A stretch of 14,316 nt of DNA from Nitrospinota bacterium (lineage in GTDB: Bacteria > UBA8248): contig JASLZZ010000028.1 in NCBI GenBank assembly GCA_030754595.1, positions 1 to 14,316 on the forward strand. The letters run 5' to 3'. The translations under genes were made by a program, and so were the position numbers. The notes under the pieces were generated by a model. It saw only the letters and a list, made by a program, of their open reading frames with translations. It ran no database searches and was not told where the DNA came from. Every line of letters starts with the position of its first letter. The stretch's first letter is position 1. Of this stretch, positions 1 to 7,377 are shown in pieces.

Positions 1-42
1 GTAAAATAAATTCTGCCAAAGCGAATCACATTCTTATAACAA

Positions 43-50
43 AAGGAGGT
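43..50 (+). promoter_or_regulatory. Shine-Dalgarno site for the Cys-rich small ORF
   Basis: AAGGAGGT at 43-50, 5 nt before ATG at 56; near-perfect anti-16S complement. Confidence 0.8.
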
Positions 51-55
51 TCACC

Positions 56-211
56 ATGTGTTTCTTTTGCGGATGTTTTTGTGGATGTGGCGGAGGAGGA
101 CCATTTCAGAGCGTGAAAGTCATCCTTCCTTCGGAGATAAAAACGCTACCAAGCGATCAAAAGGACCCCTCTTTTTTGAAAAAGACGGGGAAAGAAAATC
201 AAAAGGGCTGA
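56..211 (+). CDS. 51-aa Cys-rich small protein/peptide, MCFFCGCFCGCGGGGPFQSVKVILPSEIKTLPSDQKDPSFLKKTGKENQKG (not in ORF track)
   Basis: Manual translation from ATG 56 to TGA 209-211; very strong RBS; 5 Cys in the first 11 residues followed by GGGG. Confidence 0.7.
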   Translation: MCFFCGCFCGCGGGGPFQSVKVILPSEIKTLPSDQKDPSFLKKTGKENQKG

Positions 212-239
212 TCGCCAATTCCTCGCGGGGAGAATTCAT

Positions 240-689
240 ATGAACCTTTTTGAGGAAGCCAAGCGGAATATGGAAGAGATCAGCGGGGAGGCCGATTTCT
301 TCGAGAAAGCCCGCAAGAAAAAGAGGCAGATTATTTCTGGAGATTATTTTTTTGCGGGCCCTTACTGAGCAAAGCTGGTTTTTCGCTTGGAACCCATCAT
401 CGAGTGGACAAGCGAAAAATGGGCGGCCCTGGAAGGGCTCGCGGAAGAGTTCGGTCTCAGCATCGACGTCGAGAACGCCATTCACCTCCAGGAAGGCGCA
501 GAGAAAAAGGAAATTGCCTCCATTCACGAGATCGGGGCCGAAAACGACATCCGAATCATCCCGGATTACGAGAAGGGCAACGAACTCTTGATGGCCATCG
601 GATCACAGATATTTGAGGCACAGGCTGCCTCGTGTGGGGTGCCCCTCCAGCCACATTTCTGGACCGGCAACTCCTTTGTCCCGTGTTAG
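240..689 (+). CDS. Putative selenoprotein, 149 aa, in-frame TGA at codon 43 (context DYFFAGPY-U-AKLVF); possible thioredoxin/DsbA-like fold
   Basis: RBS GGGGAG 227-232 and ATG 240. The frame continues through a single TGA (366-368) into track ORF 387..689 and ends at TAG. A strong hairpin lies just 3' of the TGA. The C-terminal GVPLQPHF has the spacing of the DsbA-type GVxxxPxF cis-Pro loop. Confidence 0.65.
374..424 (+). promoter_or_regulatory. SECIS-like stem-loop downstream of the in-frame UGA
   Basis: TTTTTCGCTTG (379-389) pairs perfectly with CAAGCGAAAAA (409-419), extendable by GCT/GGC (374-376/422-424). Inner stem CCAT/GTGG (394-397/404-407). The perfect stem begins 10 nt after the TGA. 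Confidence 0.6.
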
Positions 690-761
690 CCCACGGCGTT
701 GGAGTTTCACCCAGAATTCCCAAATGACTTGTAAATCCGCCTTATATATTTCCTTGGCATA

Positions 762-779
762 TTCCCGTCCAAACGGGAA
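762..779. terminator. Possible terminator hairpin between convergent genes
   Basis: TTCCCGT-CCAA-ACGGGAA perfect 7-bp inverted repeat in the 690-815 gap; no clear U-tail. Confidence 0.3.
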
Positions 780-815
780 ATCCGGGTTTAACCTGTTGAA
801 CTTTAATCCCTTACC

Positions 816-1220
816 CTACGACTGGAACCCCACATAGGGCCCGACGATTTCGATGTCGATATTTTCGGGCCCCCGGACGTAGGCGATCATTCGCCCCCCC
901 ATTCCTCCGGAGTGGGGCTCGACTGAAAATTCGGCCCCCCGCGCCCGGAGCCAGTCCGCCGCTTTCTCCACGTCCTCCACCCCAATGCCGAAATGATCGA
1001 GCCCCTGCACCCGGCCGGGGGCAACCGCGTCGGGAACTTCGTCAACCCTGAGACCGCGCACGAAAATCCGCATCGACCCCAGGAGAAGCGCCGCGCTCGG
1101 CGAGCCCTTGAAATCATCGTTATAGGAAATGATCTCGGCGCCGAAAACGCGCTCGAAAAAATCGATCATCTCCTTGGCATCGCCGCAAACAACGTGAACG
1201 TGATCGAATTTGAATTCCAT
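816..1220 (-). CDS. VOC (glyoxalase/bleomycin resistance/dioxygenase) family protein
   Basis: FDHVHVVC ... GLDHFGIGVEDVEKAADWLRARGAEF ... YVRGPENIDIEIV are typical VOC motifs; GGAGG RBS upstream. Confidence 0.85.
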   Translation of the reverse strand: MEFKFDHVHVVCGDAKEMIDFFERVFGAEIISYNDDFKGSPSAALLLGSMRIFVRGLRVDEVPDAVAPGRVQGLDHFGIGVEDVEKAADWLRARGAEFSVEPHSGGMGGRMIAYVRGPENIDIEIVGPYVGFQS

Positions 1221-1247
1221 GAGAGCCGCCTCCAGCGGACTGAATGA

Positions 1248-2957
1248 TTACGGGGTGATGATTGTGGGAGAATCGGGCTCCGAGCCAACAGGTTCCGGGC
1301 CGCCGCTCTCCTCGCCATGCTCATGACCGTGGCCTTGGTCTTGCGCCTCCTGGCTCTGCCGGATCGCACGCTCGAGCATGGCGCCGATGGAGTAACGGAC
1401 CACCTCGGTGAAGAAGTCGGGTTGCGGCCCGCCCTCTCGCAGACGGTCGGCCAGTGAAATAATCTGGCTGGCGAGGGCAGCCTCCCCTTGTTGATGAAGC
1501 AGGTAGGCATTGTCCTCGAGTTGAAAACTGAGGCGTCGCAGTAAATCGGTATTGTTATAGAGTTCGCCCGCGGCTTCCTCTATCGCCTTGTCAAACAAGA
1601 TGCGCCGCTGCTCGTCGTCCGTCGCCACCTGGCTCTGAAGCGCCTCGACGCATTTCTGAAAGTGGGGGACGATCAAACCCTCCTCGATCACCCAGGCCCA
1701 AAAAGCGGAATTACCAAAAATATCCTTGTGAGCGATTCGCCCATCCTCGCCCGAAGCCGACTGGACCAACGCCCGCACCGGATGATCCCCCGGAAACGGA
1801 AACACCTCCGGATCGGCCAGGGGAGCGAGGAGGATCCGCGAATGGGTGAAACCCTGGGGAATCGCCGAGCCGCTCCCGCTTTCGTTTTCCTGCTGTCCCC
1901 GCTGGAGGAGCCAAAACGCGTAACCCGCGGGAACCTCCACGGACGGCAGCCTTTGGTCCTGGGTCAACCTTCCGAAAAACTCCCGCAGCTCTTTCGAGGA
2001 CATATCGGTTGAAACAAATTCCTGAATTCCCCGGCCGTGCCTAAGCCTCGCCTGAAAGATAGAGCGCCCCCTCGGCTGGCGCGAACGCGCGATCCAGAGA
2101 ATGAGGTTTCCGGCGCCATCGACCGAACTGACGATGGCTTTGACGTAATCGAGCCCATGCGAGGCGAGGCGAGGGCCTATGGACGATGAATCCTCCTCGG
2201 GAGCAACGCCCTTGCCGCGAAGCCGGAATAGCGCCTTTCGAATACGTGAGCCGGCAGCCTTGTCCTTCACGGAATCGGCCAGGCGCGAGAGGCCCTCGAC
2301 CGCCTCCGTCGTGGCCTCAGCCGTCATTGTATCGATTAAAACCGGTGGCGGAGCCGAACCCCGCGCCGCGAACGCATCCGCAAGCGCGATCGCCGCCTGA
2401 ACCCGGACGCTTCCGGCACTCTCCCCCGAAAAGGCGTCCCGAAGGGCAACTTCCCGAAGGGAATCGGGAAGAGAATCAAGAATTTCGCTGATCGCGCCGG
2501 CCGCTTCGTCCGATAATCGATCGGCATCGGCGAGATCATCGGCAACTTTTCGCGCCCGCGCGATAGCGTCGCCGTCGAGTTCGGCGGGAATTTTCACCCC
2601 CGCGTCGAGCGCCTGAATGGTTTCTCGGAGTGCGAACAGATCGTCCGGCGCCCACCTCAGGGACCCGACGCGCTCTAAAAGACCGGGGACGGCTGCGGCA
2701 TCTCCAAGCTCCCGAATCGAGCTTAGCGACGCGGCCCGACCCTCGGGAGCGGTAGCCGCCAGATGCTCGAGCATGCCGGCGACTCCGACCTCGCCCATCT
2801 CCCGAATCTCGTCAATCAAGGGCGCGGGAGCCATCGCCCCCGGCTGAGGCGGATCGGTGAACGAGGCCTCGAGGCCCACTGCGATTGCCCGCGCATGTTT
2901 CAATTCCTGCGGAGAATAATTTTTTTTCGATGATTTTTTCTTTGTTTTTTTCGCCAC
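1248..2957 (-). CDS. Conserved hypothetical protein, 569 aa, helical/HEAT-like N-half, His/acidic C-terminal tail
   Basis: Long ORF, GTG start with GAGGA RBS, protein-like composition; 27-nt gap to the VOC gene suggests co-transcription; function not recognised. Confidence 0.8.
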   Translation of the reverse strand: MAKKTKKKSSKKNYSPQELKHARAIAVGLEASFTDPPQPGAMAPAPLIDEIREMGEVGVAGMLEHLAATAPEGRAASLSSIRELGDAAAVPGLLERVGSLRWAPDDLFALRETIQALDAGVKIPAELDGDAIARARKVADDLADADRLSDEAAGAISEILDSLPDSLREVALRDAFSGESAGSVRVQAAIALADAFAARGSAPPPVLIDTMTAEATTEAVEGLSRLADSVKDKAAGSRIRKALFRLRGKGVAPEEDSSSIGPRLASHGLDYVKAIVSSVDGAGNLILWIARSRQPRGRSIFQARLRHGRGIQEFVSTDMSSKELREFFGRLTQDQRLPSVEVPAGYAFWLLQRGQQENESGSGSAIPQGFTHSRILLAPLADPEVFPFPGDHPVRALVQSASGEDGRIAHKDIFGNSAFWAWVIEEGLIVPHFQKCVEALQSQVATDDEQRRILFDKAIEEAAGELYNNTDLLRRLSFQLEDNAYLLHQQGEAALASQIISLADRLREGGPQPDFFTEVVRYSIGAMLERAIRQSQEAQDQGHGHEHGEESGGPEPVGSEPDSPTIITP

Positions 2958-2997
2958 CGTAATCCTCTTTCAAAGCTCCATGATCGAAGCGGCGTGC

Positions 2998-3027
2998 ATC
3001 ATCCTTTGAGGAGAAGTAACCTGTCAA
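2998..3027 (-). promoter_or_regulatory. Possible sigma70 promoter for the 569-aa gene/VOC pair
   Basis: Minus strand TTGACA (3027-3022), 18-nt spacer, GATGAT (3003-2998), about 40 nt upstream of the GTG at 2957. Confidence 0.4.
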
Positions 3028-3088
3028 GACAGTGTTTTGGCCGGAATCGGCCTCGATTCCTTTCGATTCGGGAAAAAGGACGGACCCT

Positions 3089-3622
3089 TTGGGCATCCGC
3101 TCCATACCTTCGGAAATTCACTGCCTGACGCTCGGCCATCGGTGGGGCACGGCGGCCATGGCGGCAAGCGAAAGAGGCGTCTGCGCCCTTTCACTTTTAG
3201 GCGGCCAAGGAAGCCTCGACCGAATACTGGCCGATCGAGAAGGCCCCCGCCGAAAAACGACCCCCGCCAGCCCGGGCAATCCGCACCTTGAGCCGATGCG
3301 CGCCTGGCTTGATGCGCTACTCAACCAGAGGCGGTATTATGCCTTATCCGTCCCCCTCGATCGGCCACCCGGAACCCCGTTTCAGGAAAGTGTCTGGCGG
3401 GCGGTCTCGGAGATTCCCCGGGGCGAGACAAAAGCCTACTCGGATATCGCCCGGACGATCGGAAATCCCCACGCCTCCCGGGCCGTGGGCGCGGCCAATG
3501 CCGCCAATCCGATTCCACCGATCATTCCCTGCCACCGGCTGGTGGGAGTGGACGGCGGCCTGAAAGGCTACGCGGGGGGAACCGCGATGAAACGGTGGCT
3601 TCTCGATGTCGAGCGGCCCTGA
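3089..3622 (+). CDS. ogt: Methylated-DNA--protein-cysteine S-methyltransferase
   Basis: GTPFQESVW, IPRGETKAYSDIA, RAVGAANAANP, active-site PCHR, GYAGG. Start uncertain: TTG 3089 has an AAGGA RBS; the track start is GTG 3032. Confidence 0.9.
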   Translation: MGIRSIPSEIHCLTLGHRWGTAAMAASERGVCALSLLGGQGSLDRILADREGPRRKTTPASPGNPHLEPMRAWLDALLNQRRYYALSVPLDRPPGTPFQESVWRAVSEIPRGETKAYSDIARTIGNPHASRAVGAANAANPIPPIIPCHRLVGVDGGLKGYAGGTAMKRWLLDVERP

Positions 3623-3689
3623 GCCTTTTTACCCTGTGCATTTTTTTCGAGGAGCAATTTTTATCGACGAGCTAAGTGGAGAACCCGCG

Positions 3690-4472
3690 ATGAAGAACTC
3701 CCTCTGGGTGGACACCGCATTCAGCCACACCGAAGTTCCCCTCCGCCTCGCTGACGCCGAAAAAGAACGCGGTGTAGCACAGGGGGATATCGTCTGCTGC
3801 GTGATCGACGTGCTGAGGGCCACCTCGACTATCGCCGCCGCTATGGGAAACGGCTGCGCGGGTTTTTATCCCTGCGCCTCACCGGACGCCGCGCGGGAGC
3901 TTGCCGTCTCGCTCCGCGCCGAGCACGGAAACGGCAACGTTCTCCTCGGCGGCGAGAAGGACGCCAGACCCACCGAGGGGTTCAACGGCGGAAATTCGCC
4001 CCGGGAGTACACAAGGGAGAGAATCGGGGGCCGCCGCCTCGTCTTCTCGAGCACGAACGGCACGAGAACCCTCGACGCCGTCAAGGATTGCCGCGCGGTT
4101 TTCACGGCCGCCTTCGCCAACCTCTCCGCTGTGGCGAATCGGCTGGCCGATGAGTTGAAAAAAGAATCCGCTCTCCTCATCGCCTGCTCGGGCCGGGAAG
4201 GGGGCTACACCGTGGAGGACACCGTCGTGGCGGGCGAGCTCATCTCGAAACTCACCTCCCTCGTCGGCGAGGTCGAGCTCTCCGACACTTCGGCGGCCGC
4301 GCTCGAGATATCAAAAGCCGCGGAGGGCGATGGCGCCGCGATGCTCCGAAACTGCCGCTGGGGCCGATACCTCGCCGGCCTCGGGCTAGGCGATGACATC
4401 GAATTCTGCGGAAAACGCGACTGGACCGGTATCGTGCCCGAGATGAGGGACGGGGTGATATTGCCGGGCTAG
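3690..4472 (+). CDS. comB: 2-phosphosulfolactate phosphatase family protein
   Basis: VIDVLRATSTI, LGGE, GNSPRE, STNGTRTL, ACSG, ED motifs; ATG 3690 with GGAGA RBS preferred over track start 3606. Confidence 0.88.
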   Translation: MKNSLWVDTAFSHTEVPLRLADAEKERGVAQGDIVCCVIDVLRATSTIAAAMGNGCAGFYPCASPDAARELAVSLRAEHGNGNVLLGGEKDARPTEGFNGGNSPREYTRERIGGRRLVFSSTNGTRTLDAVKDCRAVFTAAFANLSAVANRLADELKKESALLIACSGREGGYTVEDTVVAGELISKLTSLVGEVELSDTSAAALEISKAAEGDGAAMLRNCRWGRYLAGLGLGDDIEFCGKRDWTGIVPEMRDGVILPG

Positions 4473-5338
4473 CCATCCTTCTCCCTCAGCGCCCGCTCAA
4501 TCTCCCGCTCACCCTCACTCGATTTCCCGCCCGGCTTCATATGCACAAAAAACTCCCGGTTCCCCTTTGCACCCCGGATGGGGCTCGCGCAGGCGGCGGC
4601 GGGGCCGAAGCCGTTTTGAGACGCCCATGTCCATAAGGATTCGAGCACAGTGCGATGCACGGCCGGGTCCTTGACGATACCTCCCTTTCCGACCTGATCG
4701 CGCCCGGCCTCGAACTGGGGCTTGGCGAGGACGATTATTTCGGATTTTTCCGCCATGAGAGCGAGAACAGCGGGGAGAACCTTCGTCACCGAGATGAAGG
4801 AGAGATCGACCGCCGCGAGGTCGGGGACCCCAGGGTCGGGGACCCCAGGGTCGGGGACCCCAGGGTCGGGGGCCTCTAGGCCCGCGGCTTCGGAGCCCAC
4901 GGCGCCGGCGAAAACCTTTTTTGTCAGGTAACGGGCGTTCACACCCTCAAGCACCGTGACGCGCGGGTCCTCCCTGAGCGACCAGTCGAGTTGGCCCCTG
5001 CCGACATCGACGCAGACGGCGCGCCGGGCCCCTCGCCGGAGCATGACGTCGGTAAACCCTCCGGTTGACGACCCGACATCGAGAAAGAAACGGCCTTCGG
5101 GTGAGATGGTGAACTCATCGAGGGCGGCGGCGAGCTTGAGCCCTCCGCGGCTGACGTATGGGCAGGGGTCTTCCTTGACGGCAATGTCGGCGTCGGGAGG
5201 AAAAGCGGAGCCGGCCTTGTCGGCCAAGACGCCTTTAACGGTGACGCGGCCGGCGAGGATGAGACGCTGAGCCCGCTCGCGGCTAGGAGCGAGGCCCCGC
5301 TCGACGAGAAGGCGGTCGAGGCGTTCTCCCTTAGGCAT
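4469..5338 (-). CDS. tlyA: TlyA family rRNA 2'-O-methyltransferase (S4 + FtsJ domains)
   Basis: RLDRLLVERGL, YVSRGGLKL, DVGSSTGGFTD, DLSFIS, KPQFEAG, GAKGNREF; directly downstream of dxs with an 8-nt overlap. Confidence 0.95.
   Translation of the reverse strand: MPKGERLDRLLVERGLAPSRERAQRLILAGRVTVKGVLADKAGSAFPPDADIAVKEDPCPYVSRGGLKLAAALDEFTISPEGRFFLDVGSSTGGFTDVMLRRGARRAVCVDVGRGQLDWSLREDPRVTVLEGVNARYLTKKVFAGAVGSEAAGLEAPDPGVPDPGVPDPGVPDLAAVDLSFISVTKVLPAVLALMAEKSEIIVLAKPQFEAGRDQVGKGGIVKDPAVHRTVLESLWTWASQNGFGPAAACASPIRGAKGNREFFVHMKPGGKSSEGEREIERALREKDG
4819..4871. repeat. Perfect 15-bp tandem repeat (GGTCGGGGACCCCAG) x3.5 inside tlyA, encoding (PDPGV)n
   Basis: Units at 4819-4833, 4834-4848 and 4849-4863, plus a partial unit at 4864-4871. 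Confidence 0.95.
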
Positions 5339-7253
5339 GCCCAGAGAGCGAGGAGGCTTTCTTGGCCCGGCCTTCGATTAAATCGCGGGCGGCCTGGGTG
5401 ATGTCGCCGGGCGTGAGGCCGCAGTCCTCGCGCTGAAGGTCGGGCGCGCCGTGCTCGATGAACCGATCGGGGAGTCCGAGGCGGGTCACCGCGACATTTT
5501 CAATGCCCCGCTCGGAAAGAAGCTCGACGACGGCGGAGCCCATGCCGCCCATGCGGACGCCTTCCTCGATGGTGACAAGGCGCTTGCACCGCCGGGCGAG
5601 GTCCACGATTTTCTCCTCGTCGAGGGGTTTGACGAAGCGAAGATTCAGCACGGCCGCCTGGATGCGCAACTCATCGAGTTGGGCGGCCGATTCCATCGAA
5701 AGACCGACCATTGGACCCAGCGCGATGAGGGCCACGTCCTCGCCCTCGCGGACGAGTTCGGCCTCGCCGATCGGAAGCGGTTCGATTTCCTCATCCATCT
5801 CAACGCCCTCGCCCGCCCCTCGGGGAAAACGCACGGCCGCCGGACCGGGATACTCGATGGCGGTGAGCGTCATGCGCTGAAGCTCGTTTTCGTCCTTGGG
5901 CGACATGATGACCATGTTGGGCAGGCACCTGAGATAGGCGATATCGAAGGCGCCCTGGTGCGTGGGCCCATCGTCGCCGACCAGGCCCGAGCGGTCGAGG
6001 GCGAAGGTGACGGGCACATTTGTCAGGCAAACATCGTGGATGATCTGGTCATAGGCCCGCTGAAGGAAAGTGCTGTAGATGGCGGCGACGGGTTTCATCC
6101 CTTGAAGCGCCAGACCCACCGCGAAAGTGACAGCGTGCTGCTCGCACATCCCCACGTCGAAGCAGCGATCCGGAAACTCGGCCTGATAGTTCACCAGCGC
6201 GGTTCCCTCGAGCATGGCCGCCGAGATGGCCACAATTTTTTCGTCATTCCGGCTCAGCTTGGCCATCGAATCGGTGAAGACCTTCGCGTAGGCCGGCGGG
6301 CCGGGGGCCTTTTTCTTGAACTCGCCCGTCTCGGGGTCGAATTTCGTGACGCCGTGGTAGGTGACAGGCTCTTTTTCGCTGTAGGGATATCCGTAGCCCT
6401 TCTGGGTGACCACGTGGACCAGGTTGGGACCCTTCATTTTCATCACGTTGCGCAGGGTGGGCAGGAGAAGATCGAGACGATGGCCGTCCACGGGCCCGAT
6501 GTAGCGGAACCCCAACTCCTCGAACAGCATCCCCGGCACAATGAAATTCTTGACCGAATCCTCGACCCGGTCCATCAGGGCCACCGCCGTCTCGCCCACC
6601 ATCGGAACCTGAGTGAGGAGCTTTTGCACTTCGTCGCGGACCTTGCGGGCGCGATTGGCCCATTCGCCGGTCATGATGCGCGCGAGATAAGAGCACATCG
6701 CGCCCACGTTTTTCGAGATGCCCATCTTGTTGTCGTTCAGGATGACGGTGACGTCGCGGTCCATGTGGCCGGCGTTGTTCAGCCCTTCCATCGCCATTCC
6801 GGCCGTGAGGCTGCCGTCCCCGATGATGGCAACGACATTGTAATCCTCGCCCTGGAGATCGCGGGCGGTGGCCATGCCGAGGGCGGCCGAGATCGAGGTT
6901 CCCCCGTGTGCCACGTTCAGCGCGTCGTACTCGCTTTCCCGTCTGTCGGGGAAACCCGCGATGCCGCCCCACTGGCGAAGCGTCTCGAAGCGGTCGCGCC
7001 GCCCGGTCAGTATCTTATGCCCGTAGGCCTGGTGGCCCACGTCGAAAATCAGCTTGTCGCGGGGGGTGTCGTAGAGATAATGAAGCGCAACGACGAGCTC
7101 GGTGGCGCCCATCGATGCACCCAGGTGCCCCCCCGTTTTGGAGGTCACCTGGATGATCATGTCCCGGATTTCGCTGACGACCTGGGGAAGCTCTTCCTCG
7201 TTCAATTTCTTGAGATCTTCCGGGCTGTCAATCCGGTCAAGCAGTTCGCCCAT
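5331..7253 (-). CDS. dxs: 1-deoxy-D-xylulose-5-phosphate synthase
   Basis: GGHLG, DVGHQAYGHKILTGR, TPP motif GDGSLTAG...NDN, DRSGLVGDDGPTHQG; GAGGA RBS. Confidence 0.98.
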   Translation of the reverse strand: MGELLDRIDSPEDLKKLNEEELPQVVSEIRDMIIQVTSKTGGHLGASMGATELVVALHYLYDTPRDKLIFDVGHQAYGHKILTGRRDRFETLRQWGGIAGFPDRRESEYDALNVAHGGTSISAALGMATARDLQGEDYNVVAIIGDGSLTAGMAMEGLNNAGHMDRDVTVILNDNKMGISKNVGAMCSYLARIMTGEWANRARKVRDEVQKLLTQVPMVGETAVALMDRVEDSVKNFIVPGMLFEELGFRYIGPVDGHRLDLLLPTLRNVMKMKGPNLVHVVTQKGYGYPYSEKEPVTYHGVTKFDPETGEFKKKAPGPPAYAKVFTDSMAKLSRNDEKIVAISAAMLEGTALVNYQAEFPDRCFDVGMCEQHAVTFAVGLALQGMKPVAAIYSTFLQRAYDQIIHDVCLTNVPVTFALDRSGLVGDDGPTHQGAFDIAYLRCLPNMVIMSPKDENELQRMTLTAIEYPGPAAVRFPRGAGEGVEMDEEIEPLPIGEAELVREGEDVALIALGPMVGLSMESAAQLDELRIQAAVLNLRFVKPLDEEKIVDLARRCKRLVTIEEGVRMGGMGSAVVELLSERGIENVAVTRLGLPDRFIEHGAPDLQREDCGLTPGDITQAARDLIEGRAKKASSLSGHA

Positions 7254-7287
7254 ATCCTCACTTCCGCCGGAGCAGAACCTTTCTTTC

Positions 7288-7310
7288 GCTTCCAGAAAGC
7301 GTCTGGAAGC
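7288..7310. promoter_or_regulatory. Intercistronic 9-bp perfect hairpin between ispA and dxs
   Basis: GCTTCCAGA-AAGCG-TCTGGAAGC; no U-tail in the sense (minus) direction. Confidence 0.4.
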
Positions 7311-7377
7311 CTGTCGGGGCGTTAACTCAATGAGATTCCTTGCGTTCCAAGGCTTGCCTCAACATGCTAGTGGATGT

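Noticed and set aside
13..40. Sigma70 promoter CTGCCA-16-TATAAC for the small peptide
   Set aside because: It would put the transcription start inside the RBS; the real promoter is probably further left, at or beyond the window edge
58..243. Track ORF of 61 aa from GTG 58
   Set aside because: The ATG at 56 in another frame fits the same RBS and gives a far more distinctive product; this frame is probably a shadow
366..368. Genome-wide TGA reassignment (code 4 or 25) as the explanation of the in-frame TGA
   Set aside because: ogt, ispA, xseA, the Nudix gene and cysE all end in TGA at the expected C-termini, so TGA is normally a stop here
387..689. Track ORF of 100 aa as a stand-alone gene
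   Set aside because: Its TTG start has no RBS and lies inside a strong stem; better explained as the 3' part of 240-689
4819..4871. CRISPR-like array
   Set aside because: Head-to-tail 15-bp units with no spacers, inside a CDS, and no cas genes
5451..7325. 624-aa plus-strand ORF
   Set aside because: Antisense shadow of dxs caused by high-GC codon bias; no recognisable motifs
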